Origin: Eledone cirrhosa
Taxonomy: Eukaryota
Assembly: GCA_964016885.1 (NCBI GenBank)
Contig: OZ024741.1
Location: forward strand, 307,582,001-307,646,000
Reading direction: 5' to 3'
Length of the DNA stretch: 64,000 nucleotides
Part shown: in pieces, positions 29,201-44,045 of the stretch
Layout: every line of letters begins with the position of its first letter
Position numbering within the stretch: the first letter of the stretch is position 1
Notes under the pieces: generated by a model
What the model was told of the DNA's origin: nothing
Seen by the model: only the letters and a program-made list of their open reading frames with translations
The model's database searches: none
Program-made: the position numbers and the translations under genes

Positions 29201-29770
29201 TGGTGATGGTGGTGGTGGTGATGATGGTGTGGATTGTGGTGGTGATGGTGGTGGTGGTGCTGGTGGTGTGGATTGTGGTGGTGATGGTGGTGGTGGTGAT
29301 GGTGGTGTGGATTGTGGTGGTGATGGTGGTGGTGGTGATGATGGTGTGGATTGTGGTGGTGATGGTGGTGGTGGTGCTGGTGGTGTGGATTGTGGTGGTG
29401 ATGGTGGTGGTGGTGATGGTGGTGTGGATTGTGGTGGTGATGGTGGTGGTGGTGATGATGGTGTGGATTGTGGTGGTGATGGTGGTGGTGGTGCTGGTGG
29501 TGTGGATTGTGGTGGTGATGGTGGTGGTGGTGATGGTGGTGTGGATTGTGGTGGTGATGGTGGTGGTGGTGATGATGGTGTGGATTGTGGTGGTGATGGT
29601 GGTGGTGGTGCTGGTGGTGTGGATTGTGGTGGTGATGGTGGTGGTGGTGATGGTGGTGTGGATTGTGGTGGTGATGGTGGTGGTGGTGCTGGTGGTGTGG
29701 ATTGTGGTGGTGATGGTGGTGGTGGTGATGTGGATTGTGGTGGTGATGGTGGTGGTGGTGGTGGTGATGA
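24748..29770. repeat. ~5-kb GGT-derived satellite, 39-bp consensus GTGGATTGTGGTGGTGATGGTGGTGGTGGT(GCT/GAT)(GGT/GAT)GGT
   Basis: GTGGATTGT anchor recurs throughout. Unit-length variants differ by multiples of 3. Confidence 0.95.
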
Positions 29771-30035
29771 TGACGATGATATTTATAGCGATAGTGATGA
29801 TGTTGATGATGATGATGATGATGAGGAGGAGTAGGTGGAATAGGAGGCGGAGGAGGAGGTGGAGGATCAGGATAATGATGACGATGGTGATAATGATGAT
29901 GGTGATGATGATGATGATGGTGATGGTGATGGTGATGGTGATGATGATGAGGATGATGATGGTGATGATGATGATGATGATGATGGTGACCGATGACGAT
30001 GATGATGATGATGATGATGATGACTGTGATGACTG

Positions 30036-30067
<32 letters not shown>

Positions 30068-30246
30068 GTAATGAATGTGATGATGGTGATGATGATGGTG
30101 GTGATGAGGATGGTTATGATGATGATGATGATGAGGAGGAGTAGGTGGAATAGGAGGCGGAGGAGGAGGAGGTGGAGGATCAGGATAATGATGACGATGG
30201 TGATAATGATGATGGTGATGGTGATGGTGATGATGATGATGATGAC

Positions 30247-30322
<76 letters not shown>

Positions 30323-30370
30323 GTGATGATGGTGATGATGATGGTGATGGTGATGGTCGTGATGATGGTA
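29770..30370. repeat. (GAT)n-rich tract with an internal duplication (29820-29905 vs 30130-30218)
   Basis: GAGGAGGAGTAGGTGGAATAGGAGGCGGAGG..GGATCAGGATAATG occurs twice. Confidence 0.85.
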
Positions 30371-30544
30371 GATGTCAAACGAAAGCTTAAAGTAGCAGCG
30401 TTGGAACACTTTATGGAACAAGTAGTTATTAGACCGGAAAAAATTCTGTTTTTCTTCGTCTTTCGTCCATTTTAAAAAAACCTAAGTGATCGTCTGTTGA
30501 CAGACGGAAATTGCGTACCACAAGTGAAAGCTTTGGCAAAATGT

Positions 30545-32042
<1,498 letters not shown>

Positions 32043-32119
32043 CGTGTGTGTGTTGTGTGGAGATAGTATGGTTGAAAATGAAAATAGATAACGAGAGAGA
32101 GAGAGAAAGAAAGTAAGAC

Positions 32120-32174
<55 letters not shown>

Positions 32175-32788
32175 CAAATAGAGAGTGTGAGAGAGAGAAT
32201 GAGAGAGAGAGAGAGAGAGAAATGGAAAGGACACATGTTGAGGTTTGGGCAGGGGATGGCTGACGAGCTGGTAACAATTTTACTAAGTTTTTTTTGCTTC
32301 ATGTATTATTTTTTTTATCTTCAAATATTGCCAAGTTTTTGTGTCGTCAAGACAAGCAGGCTTAGAGAGCCGGTGGGGTTTGGTTAGCTAGAAAGGAGGT
32401 GCTCACTCGCTGAGATGACCAGGAAGTGTTGAAGTGTTCCCATGCGGTTTGAAATTGCACCATCAATCATTCTCTGAACGCTACCCCCGCCCCTCGCTGT
32501 TGTTCTTGCTAGTGGTAACAGTAATTGTAGCTGTTATTGGTAATGGTGGTATTGGTGTTGGTATTGTTATTGTTACTGATGACAATGATGATGATGATGC
32601 AGACAACAAATGTAGTATTGGGTTCTTTGTTGTTGTTGTTGTTGTTTTCTTGTGGTTATTTTCTCCTTTGTCTTTTCACTTTCCGTGTTTGCGTTTCTCC
32701 TTGCAAAAAAGTAAGTGCGACTATACATGTATATATGTGTGTATATATATATATATATATGACTATGCATATTTATGTTTGTATATAT

Positions 32789-32864
<76 letters not shown>

Positions 32865-33043
32865 CTATGCATATTTATGTTTGTATATATGTATATGTGT
32901 GTGTATATTTATATATATATATTTATGACTATGCATATTTATGTTTGGATATATGTATGTGTGTGTATATCTCTATATCTCTCTCCATCTATCTATCTAT
33001 CTCTCCCCCTCTCTCTCATTCTCTCTCTCGTACTCTCTATTTG

Positions 33044-33090
<47 letters not shown>

Positions 33091-33540
33091 GTCTTTCTTT
33101 CTTTCTCTCTCTCTCTCTCGTTATCTATTTTCATTTTCATATATATATATATGACTATGCATATTTATGTTTGTATGTATGTATGTATGTGTGTGTATAT
33201 ATATATATATACACGTGCATACATATGTGTGTGTTGTATGCCGCGTGTGTGTTTATCTAGTTTCCTTTTTAACAGCTTTTGTTTATTTTCTTTCTCACTT
33301 TTTCTCCTCTCTCTCTTTCCCTCTCTTTCTCACCTCTCTCTGTCGTTCATGCACACACACACACACACACACACAGGCACACACAGGCACATACACACAT
33401 ACACACACAGGCACACACACACACACACTCACACACACAGGCACACACACATACATACAGGCACATACACACATACACACACAGGTACACACACACATAC
33501 ACACTCACACACAGGCACACACACATACATACACCCATAA

Positions 33541-33585
<45 letters not shown>

Positions 33586-34129
33586 AACTTTCATTCCCCC
33601 AACTTTTCTCTTTTCTTTATTATTTTTTTTAAAACTATATTTTTATCATTACTGATATATATTTTGAAACATATTTCTTCTTTTTTTTACTCTCCATTTT
33701 TAACCCCCCCCCCACTCTCTCTATCACTCTCTCTTTCTTCCACCCACCTCTCTCCCACACACTCTCTCTCTCTCTCTCTCAGAATGGTGAGATTACTTCC
33801 TCTCTCTTGCACACATATAATTCTCTTTCACTTTCCTTCTCTCTCCATGTGTGTTTTATACAAACTATATTGTAATGTATACTGTTATAGTTTTATGAGC
33901 TTCATTGTTGTGTCATATTTTAGAAATATTATTTTCTACTGTTGTAGATATTCTTGTAGTAGTAGTAGTAGTAGTAGTAGTAGTCAGTGGTGGACTGGCC
34001 AGGTGGTCAGCTTCCCTGATAGCAAGTGGACCCCTCCGGGCCCACGATAGTACTTTAGTAGCCAATACAAAAATGTTGCTTTCAAAGAAAATATCAGAAG
34101 TCCTAGAGCAAGAATGAAAAATTTAGAAA

Positions 34130-36065
34130 ATCAAAACAAAACAAATACAACAATTAAGCATACTACGGTCGACTTTTACATGAATTTGTTTTGCAAGAAT
34201 TCTTATCTGAAAGCGTGTGGTGAAACAGATATTGTTATACTTTGGGAGGGTCATGCTACCATTAGAAACACATGCTTCTGTTGGTTTTCACTTCAGTTTA
34301 TTATAAATTTCCGGTTGGTTGGTTGGTTGGTTCGATAACCAGATGGTTGTTTATATATTGTCAAAACTCTTTCGTCACACATTCTGTGACCCCGTTTGTC
34401 CTGTCCTACACCATCTTGTTTTTATGTGTTGTGTGTTTAGTTTGTGCATGTGTTACATTCAGATGTGTGTGTGTTTATTTGTTTATTTATGTGTTTATTT
34501 ACTTGTTTGTTCTATCTGTGTGTGTGTCTGATTTGTTTTGTTAGTTTAGTCTTTGTGTGTGTCTGTATGTCTTCATTTCGTCCTTAATTACTAGTTGTGA
34601 TGTTGCTATTTCACTCATATTTTCTGTTTAATTTTGGTTGGAGTTCGTTTATGTTTGCCGTCTCCGAGATTTGTCTGAGCATCGCATCTTTTCTGCGTGT
34701 GGATATAATGTTTATCTCTATGTTCTCTGATGTACCCCTATGTTCTATTTTGGCATGTTGATGGAGTACTGATAAGTTTTTCCCATTCTGGAGTTCTCGC
34801 CAGTGTTCACTTATCCTTTCTCCTATGTTACGGGCTGTTTCACCTATGTATGTTATGTTCTTATTCCTACACTGTCCTTCAGTTTTGCAGTTAGTTTGCG
34901 GGCTTAGCTTGCAGACTATACATTTCCTATCAGCTCAAAGGAATCTTTGAAATGGGTATGTTTTACTAATTAGGGATTTTAAGGGAATACCAGGTCTTTC
35001 AACTATCTTAATACTTAATTTGATTGTCTAGGGCCCTTCTAAATCTGTAAGCTAGTTCGCCTCTAGGGGTTATATTGACGAACATTACACGCTGGTATTT
35101 ATTACTATCAGACCATGAGTTGATTTTATTTGCCTTATTCCTAATCCTTTTTATTCTGTTCCAAAATTTGCTCCTATACATGGGGTAAATCCCATTTGCA
35201 TCATTTTCTACAATCTTTACCCATTTGGTTATGGTCCCTTTATATACCCTGATCTTGTCTCTCTGATTGTAGCCAGAGAACTGCATGCGGTGCAAGAAGT
35301 GTTGTATGTGTCTCTCTAATTCTTTGGGGTTGCAAATACGGGACACGTTCCTCATCACTCTTATTAATTCCGCAATCAGTATGTTGATTTTTATGTGATA
35401 CGAAACAGCTGAGTTTCGGTGGATCAGGTATTTGGAGGTCATTGGTTCGGCATAATGCGAATGGAAGATTTGCGTTCTATTACTAATCGTTCTAACCAGA
35501 GTTCTGTGTCTAGTAAGGGTAATCTATGGTTGAGGTGTTTAGTTGGGTAGTCTATAGTAACTTAAATACTCTGGTAGCTGGAATTAGATATTTTCAGGAT
35601 GCTTTCCACGGTGTTCTTCTCTAATTCTTGACTGTTCTCCTGTGGAGGTGTTTTTACTATTATATTTATGTCATCTACATAGCAGGAGTACATAGTTAGG
35701 ATTATAAAATTGACGTCTAATTGCCCCTTAAGTCTTCTATTTCACCATACCATAAAGAGGTTAGCTATGGCACCTGCAATGCTAACGCCAATGGCTGCAC
35801 CCTCCTCTTGAACATATGCTTTGCCATTAAATTGAACATATGTTCCGTAAGGGTTAGTTTTATAATGCCCCCCACGATTATGAAAATGCGATCATTTTCT
35901 TTAATTCCTCATTGAGGTAATGGTAGATGGTCTGCCTCTTTCTGGCCTTGTGGAGCAGAGGCTGCTGAGGTCATGTGTGTCTAAGTATTCCTTATTGTAT
36001 GTGAGTTTAAGTAGGAGTCCCAGCTCACTGCTATCAATCCCACAGAATTCACATCGCTCTCGCTG
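34130..36065 (-). mobile_element. Decayed Penelope-like element (Naiad-like): RT, Cys-rich linker, GIY-YIG, 3'UTR
   Basis: Minus strand QEEGAAIGVSIAG, YVDDI, thumb ORF 35008-35442, PFQRFL*ADRKCIVC..NC, TYIGETARNIGERISEH..LHQHAKIEH, LNRKYE*N. Clade call is from motif recall only. Confidence 0.85.
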
Positions 36066-36093
36066 ATCATTTCTTCCCCCCCCCTCCCTCTCG

Positions 36094-36126
<33 letters not shown>

Positions 36127-36461
36127 AACACTGTACGAAGCCGAAGTTTTGGCTTTTGCAGCCATGAGAACATATGTAATTATATAAATATAAAGAAAAT
36201 ACTTAAGAGCAGAAATGCTGTAAAGATAAAGTATAAAATAGGGTGAACAACTATAAAAGACGGAAAAAGAATTTGCCTTTGAGGAATCAAAGTCCATATT
36301 TTCCAAATGGCGGCTAGAAGATATCTGGAAGATATGAGGTTCAACTCCTCACAGCCGCCGTTGGCAAATTCTTTTTCCATCTTTTAAGGTTGTTCACCTT
36401 ATTTTATAAGCTATCTTTATAACTTTTCTGCGCTTAGACACTTTCTTTATACACATATAAT

Positions 36462-36502
<41 letters not shown>

Positions 36503-36576
36503 GTAATATTAAAAGTATTGCCTGACAAATGATAGAATAAATGAAGCCGGTATGAAAGGATATTATATAGATATTT

Positions 36577-36762
36577 AATTGTTTCTACTTTAGGTACAAG
36601 GCCAGCAATAACCCAGTACATTACTGGTACTTTATTTTATCGACCCCGTAAGGATGAAAGGCAAAGTTAACCTCGGCAGGATTTGAACTCAGACTGTAAA
36701 GGGACGTAACTATGCTAGAAAGCATGGCGTCAGACCCTCTACCGATACTGCCAATCCACCGC
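36577..36762 (-). mobile_element. SINE family 1
   Basis: Full reverse-complement copy. Confidence 0.85.
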
Positions 36763-37637
36763 ATAGATATTTAATGAAATTCATAAAGCAGGAAATACTA
36801 TCAAGGTTTCAGGGATGAATGTTTAGAATATGAGTTTAAAAGATCTTATTTCGTCAACCCTGGAAGAATGGTAGGGAGACCCGAGCGAAATTTGCAAAGT
36901 AAGGCTAAAGTTCAAGGGGGAAGGAGATGATGTATATATATATTCGGGTATATTTGTACAACATTCACGAGAGTATCTATGAATTTCTGTGTAGGCATGT
37001 CAGTCCGTCTCTCTCTCTCTCTCTGTCTCTCTCTCTCTCTCTGTCTCTCTCTCTCTCTGTCTCTCTCTCTCTTTAGCTTTGGGTCTGTGACAACAGCTTC
37101 CTTCGGCTTCACTGTGCGTAAAGCCCCATTCGCCTTAGAATTTTCAGCTGTGGGTCTCTGGCAACAGCTTTGCTGGATATAAAGCCCCGCTCGCCTTGGA
37201 AGCCCTAGCTGTGGCTCTGTGGCTAAAGTTTGCATTGGCATCTCTGGGTATTGCCCTGCTCACCTCGGAAGCCCTAGCGTTGTTGTCTGGTTAGGGTTTC
37301 CATTGGCTATAGCAGTCATCATCATCATCATGTATACATACACGCGCGCTCACGCACACACACACACACAAAACATATATATATATATATATATATACGA
37401 CTAACATTAAGGAAAATGCTGATGTTACACACACACACACACATATATATATTTGTTTCTACTTTAGGCACAAGGCCAACAATACCCAGTGCATTACTGG
37501 TACTTTATTTTATCGACCCCGTAATATATATATATATATATTGCTACTATTTTGTAGATGTGTACATTTCACGAGATCTTTTTTATTGGAGAAGGTAAGA
37601 CGTTTTAATATATTCTATAATCCGTATTTTTCTTTAC

Positions 37638-37689
<52 letters not shown>

Positions 37690-37861
37690 GTTATTCCGGG
37701 TTGAATCGGAGGTAACCACAGTAAGTAAGGTACTCAATACATTGCAGAGTATAAAAGTTTTAATATAGATGAGATTCTACAGATTTCTAAAGAATGAAAC
37801 AGTTCTAGTCCTGTAAAATCTCATGTATATTAAAACTATATATATATATATATATATATAC

Positions 37862-38352
37862 ATAGTTAAAGAATGAAGATTAACATGGTTGGCTGTACAA
37901 TAAGGGCTTTATTTAAAGTACTGACAATTGTTTCGTTGATCATGTGGGTCTAGAGTTCGCTAATCGCTTGATGTTGCGTCAATCGATCTCCAATACTTTA
38001 TTTACCTCTGGTCAACACATTAGAGCATGTAGATATGAAAATAATTCACTTGAGGCAAGACTTATATAGAGAAATAGCGTATAATTAATAGCGAACTCTA
38101 GACCCACATGATCAACGAAACAATTGTCAGTACTTTAAATAAAGCCCTTATTGTACAGCCAACCATGTTAATCTTCATTCTTTAACTATTATTACTCCAA
38201 GTATAACCTGCATAAAAATTACCGCGAACTCGCTGCATAACTATGGAAGCATCTTGTTGAGTCAAAAAAAAAAGCCGTACGTTAAAACTATCCACGACGC
38301 AGAGCACTCACAACCTATAACTGGATTACCTATAACGATAACTTGTTATCCC
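37862..38352. mobile_element. Fold-back PLE-like pLTR remnant with HHR 3' half
   Basis: 37862-37962 is the reverse complement of 38089-38189. GAAAC-AATT-GTC^AGTAC is followed by AATAAA at 38138. Confidence 0.7.
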
Positions 38353-39056
38353 ATATATATATATATATATAGTAATAATAATAAATTTGAAGACTAAAAT
38401 CCAAATAGAGCTCGATAAGGATAAATATATAAGAACCGTAGAGCAAATGTTTATTAAAATAACAGATTAAAGTTTAAGCAAAGAATCGCCGCTTTCACCC
38501 TTAACGGGATCTTCTGAAACTAACAAAGTCAATCTGTGAACGCAGAAGTAAATATTTCAAAAAACGTTGCAACCGGAGGAAGATAGGAAGACGATACCTT
38601 GGTTCCTGGAAACGTTCTCTGGCAAAGAACGTGAAAAAAAAAAATATATATATATATATTTACAATTATATATATACATTCCCTTTTTGGCATATTATAA
38701 ACAGTAGGCTTTGGTTATCGTGTCTTTGAGCCCTGCTGATGATCGACTCCAACCGTGATCATCCCCACTGATAGTTTCGTGAAATAGTCTTTTTTAAGAC
38801 TATACAGAGCATTTGTAGTTTTTCCAAATTGAAGGATGAGTATTTTAGACTTTATTTTATTCTGAGTTAAGGCTCTATTGATTTTTCCCTGGATTTCACT
38901 AAATTCTGTGGATAAATCTGTCTTGATTCTTTTTTAATTAAGTTTGAATTATTTTCCCCACATCTTACGTTAACTATTTTCCATTTTGACGCTATAGTCA
39001 CTTATATATTATGAAATACTGTTGGCTTCTTGCTCACAATAATTTCTATACTTTTC

Positions 39057-39127
<71 letters not shown>

Positions 39128-39252
39128 TATATGGATGGTAAGAATCGATCTTCTAACAGCTTTACTCTCAAATCTTCTTATGTCCTTGCGCCTATATAAA
39201 CGTACAAACACACATATGTGGATACCTCTGACGAGACAATGTCTCACCCTTT

Positions 39253-39372
39253 TCTTCTGATGGAGGAATGGCGTCCGAAACCTTAAGACCTCTTCCTGCT
39301 ATATCAAGCGTTAACCTAATATATACTTTCCATATACTGTACTGATTGTGTTGTTATTTCTGTTTACCTTTT
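39253..39372 (+). mobile_element. pLTR remnant with degenerate HHR (family of 59545-59845 and 60935-61022)
   Basis: TCTT-CTGATGGA-GGAatggcgTCC-GAAACCTTA-AGA, with a shared tail TCAAGCGTTAA(A/C)CTAATAT. Confidence 0.6.
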
Positions 39373-39374
39373 AT

Positions 39375-39494
<120 letters not shown>

Positions 39495-39795
39495 ATATAT
39501 TATATATATAAATAAGAGGCGTATATAAGATGATATATCATATATGATATACCACATTTTTACTTATGATATAAAAGCTCACCATTCTATTTTAATCTGT
39601 AAATATTTTATTATATATACGGTCTTTCAGTGCTACTGTTTATATATATATATACTTAGGTTAATAGGAGTTAGGTATTGTATACCCGTGTCCCATTAAG
39701 GTATTGGCACCATAATAATTAGCTCTATGCTTTGGAGCAGAGTCGTATATATGATAAAGAACACAAGAGCGTCTACAACATCAAAATATTTTTAT

Positions 39796-39844
39796 TGGCT
39801 TACAATGTTTCTTCCTTACGTAACCGTAGGATTCGTCAGAGCTA
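39796..39844 (-). ncRNA. Minimal type I hammerhead ribozyme (mirror of 40505-40553)
   Basis: Reverse complement of the 40505 motif. Confidence 0.8.
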
Positions 39845-40504
39845 TAAAAGGGGTTTGATTGGTGTTATGGACTCTACCAACCAAACATTCAAGAACAAAG
39901 AGTAAAGAGAGTAAAGAGCAAAAGTAGGGGACGATAAGTCTAATTTTGGTGCGGGAGGGTGGGGTGTGGGTCCTTGTTTACTAGCTGCGGTCATATTCAT
40001 TCCCGGGAGTCGAGTGGTTAGCTGAACCATAGATGGGGTGGCGTCGATAGTAGGGTGCAGAGAGTGTGCAGAGGCTACACACACACAAAGGGCATACAAT
40101 ATATATATAATGCAGGAGAAAGTACATGAGGTAATTAGAAATGGAAAAAGAGTAATAATAATAATCTATAATTTTAATTATAGATTATTATTATTACTCT
40201 TTTTCCATTTCTAATTACCTCATGTACTTTCTCCTCCATTATATATATATTGTATGCCCTTTGTGTGTGTGTAGCCTCTGCACACTCTCTGCACCCTACT
40301 ATCGACGCCACCCCATCTATGGTTCAGCTAACCACTCGACTCCCGGGAATGAATATGACCGCAGCTAGTAAACAAGGACCCACACCCCACCCTCCCGCAC
40401 CAAAATTAGACTTATCGTTCCCTACTTTTGCTCTTTACTCTCTTTACTCTTTGTTCTTGAATGTTTGGTTGGTAGAGTCCATAACACCAATCAAACCCCT
40501 TTTA

Positions 40505-40553
40505 TAGCTCTGACGAATCCTACGGTTACGTAAGGAAGAAACATTGTAAGCCA
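40505..40553 (+). ncRNA. Minimal type I hammerhead ribozyme
   Basis: GCT-CTGACGA-a-TCCTACG-gtta-CGTaAGGA-a-GAAAC-ATT-GTA^AGC, then AATAAA at 40553. Confidence 0.8.
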
Positions 40554-40593
40554 ATAAAAATATTTTGATGTTGTAGACGCTCTTGTGTTCTTT

Positions 40594-40652
<59 letters not shown>

Positions 40653-41514
40653 GAAGCTACTAACTATCAGTTACGGCAAGTCTATATATGTGGAAGAGAA
40701 CGAGGGAAACAGAAAAACAGATGGAGAGAGAGAGAGGGAGAGAGGGAGAGGGGGAGAGAGAGGGAGAGAGAGGAGGGGGGGTAGAAGGCAAGAGGGAAAT
40801 ATATCTCATAATGACGACACATATTAACGGTTAGGGTACGGTTCAGGTTGATTATGTGAATCTAACCTCGGAATATTATGTCCACCAGTCTTGGGCATGC
40901 GCATTAATGTCTCAGTCAATCTATTTGTTCGTTCCTCTCACTCCTCTCTCCCTCTTCCTCTCCCTCTCTCTGTCTCTCACTCTTACACACATTCTCTCTA
41001 TCTATCTCTACTCGCACCTCTCTCACTATTTTGACGTATCTATCATTATCTATATGTCTCCTTTGTCTAGCTTCGTCTTGTCTTTATTTTTTCCCATTGT
41101 TTAATCATATTTTATTTAACACACTCCCGGAACTGGCTCACTTCGATTTCATGACTCATCATATGGCGGTCACGGTTATCTGAGTTTCTCGATTACCACT
41201 GATATTTGTTATGAGAAAAGTACAAAATACAAGGCGCGTAAATATGTAAATATGACACTTTTTGTCTCTGTGTTCCGGATCTCTGCACTTTGAGTTCAAA
41301 TCGCGCCGAGAGTCCTTTGCTTTTCCTCCATTCAGTGACGTGACGATAAAGACACTACAAGTACTGGTGAAACCCGCTATCTTTCAATGTGTCACATCTT
41401 GGATGTTCCGCTGGGTGGAAAAGAGAGATAACCGAGGATGTGTTTATGTCGGTTTGCGACTGCATAGTGCATACTACTAAGTCATGTTCCGTGGCGAGTA
41501 ACGGGAGTAGATTT

Positions 41515-41627
<113 letters not shown>

Positions 41628-41632
41628 CATTG

Positions 41633-41671
<39 letters not shown>

Positions 41672-41751
41672 GGGGGGGGGGCGGGAGAGATACACTATGT
41701 ATATATATGCTTGTGTTGACGAAGACAAATAAATGGATCTCAATCACAGAC

Positions 41752-41796
<45 letters not shown>

Positions 41797-42954
41797 ATAT
41801 ATTTGACGGTAAATAAGCCCGTTGTACAATCAACTGGATTATAGTTTGGGTAGAAGAACTTTCGTTATATACATATAAAATGACCGACCATAAACCGAAA
41901 CAGTACGTAAATAGTTTCAAAGTATAGTAATATATTATCTTTGTAAACACAACACCAGCTGAACTTATGTTGAAAATAGATTTTTTGGGAAATCCATGTA
42001 TTGCTTGATATTTAATCTTTCTCGCTACATCACCTACCTTCTGTTGTGTCGTAGCAATATTTCATCATTGAGCTGAATACTATGGTCAACAGAGTTTCAC
42101 CTTGGAAGTTGGTGTTACAAACATACATAGTAAAAAATACGAATACGTTTGCCTGCCAACACACGATCAAAGTTCATCGGTTATTAAGCCATTTTCTTTC
42201 AATCACATTTCAAGCCGTTTTAGGGATTATTTTCTTTTGCTTTCAGTTACGATTCATTTATTATAGTATCAGCCATTTTATATGCTTATATCGAAATTCT
42301 ATTGTAAGAGACTGAATAATTCTTAAGCAGAGTAACGTCAGTGTGTGTGAAAAGGCCAGCAATTTTCCACTCATTATAGAATCGAAACTTTCCGTCAGCC
42401 TAATCTCACTCACAAGCCACAAATCCATTCAAAGCAGTAGCAAAAGGCACCACACCATGATTCGCCATACTAAGATTGAACCAGAGACCTAGTAATTGCG
42501 AAGCAAACTTAGTAACAAGTCCGCAAGGCTTGCGTCCATGAATGATTACAAATACACAAACACACACATATACTTGAACAAGTTACTTGCATATATGACA
42601 ATCACAAATATAAAGATACATATCACTATGAAAGACAGTAACATACACCAACACCCACAAACACACACACACATACAAACACACACATACAAACCCACAC
42701 ATTTCACATGCATATATATACACGTACACTGTGATCCATTAAAGAAAAAACATCTCTTGTATGCTGTACTTGCTCTTTAATGCTTGACTTCATGAAAGAT
42801 TCAGTGAGGCATGAAAAATATAACGTGCATCGGTCTTCTAGCGACATCCGGTTTACCTGCAAAGGATATCCGGTATAGAACGGTCATCTAAGATTTTTTT
42901 GAATTGCCAATATGAGTTAATAAATGAATATATATGAAATTATATATATATATG

Positions 42955-43010
<56 letters not shown>

Positions 43011-43018
43011 AATATATG

Positions 43019-43088
<70 letters not shown>

Positions 43089-43121
43089 CGTATATATACA
43101 CACACACACACATGCATATAT

Positions 43122-43179
<58 letters not shown>

Positions 43180-43483
43180 GTGTGTATCATTGTTGAAAAT
43201 GGAAAAGAAAATCTATAAAGAGACTGAGGGAGAGATTGAAAGATAAAGATAATAGATAGACAGAGATTGAGAGAAGGAGAGAGAGTGGGTGAGTGGGTCT
43301 GCGAGTGTGTGTGTGTGTATGCGTGTGTGTGTATGTGGAGAGAGAGTGGATAGTGTTGAATGGACGGGCGAGAAAAGCTATGAGAATGAATGAGTAATTG
43401 TGCAAGTGAATGAGAAAGAGAAAATAGAGAGCAAGTGAAAGAATAAACGAGGTTGTGTTTGTAACTCTCTCTTTCTGTCCGTC

Positions 43484-43557
<74 letters not shown>

Positions 43558-43785
43558 GGTGCTTGAGAGTGTGCGTGAACTCACTAAAGAAAGAGACATC
43601 AGTATGTAATAATATATTTTTGGAAATACATATTGAACCGAGGAACTCCGAGTTTCCCCGAAGCAAGTTGATCTTACTTCGGCAAATTCCGAGAAACTCC
43701 GAGTACCTGGGAAAGTGTACGCCAGTTTGCCATGTATTTCATACAATATAGTATATGTGTGTGCGTGTTTATGTATATATATATA

Positions 43786-43837
<52 letters not shown>

Positions 43838-43839
<2 letters not shown>

Positions 43840-44045
43840 GAAAAATGTATGTCCCCGACGGCAGAGCTCAAGCCGTTTCGACGGCTATTTCTGGACGCTA
43901 TTTCTGTCCAGAAATAGCCGTCGAAACGGCTTGAGCTCTGTCTGCCGTCGGGGACATACATTTTCCTATTACCCACTCTACTACCCTAAGTATTGAGTAC
44001 TCTGGTGCGTTATGGTCGATCTGGTTCCTTACCACAACTCCTTCG

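Larger units (their letters stand above)
39656..40600. mobile_element. ~850-bp near-perfect palindrome of a PLE-like pLTR, one HHR per arm
   Basis: Arms 39748-40173 and 40176-40600, centre 40174/40175. The mirror ORFs 39842-40099 and 40250-40507 differ at one residue. Confidence 0.9.

Noticed and set aside
24748-29770. CRISPR-like array (constant GTGGATTGT with variable intervening sequence)
   Set aside because: Intervening sequences are GGT/GAT slippage variants, not unique spacers. Eukaryotic context and no cas genes.
24720-30378. 1704-, 1798- and 1419-aa ORFs (Gly/Asp/Cys-, Val- and His-rich)
   Set aside because: The 39-bp triplet-based unit lacks stops in five of six frames, so long ORFs are expected. 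No signal peptide, unique domain or splice context is visible.
38735-38785. CTGATGA followed later by GAAA
   Set aside because: No convincing stem I or III pairing, so not called an HHR.
39842-40507. Duplicated 85-aa gene pair
   Set aside because: Mirror images within the palindrome, TTG start, no recognisable domain.
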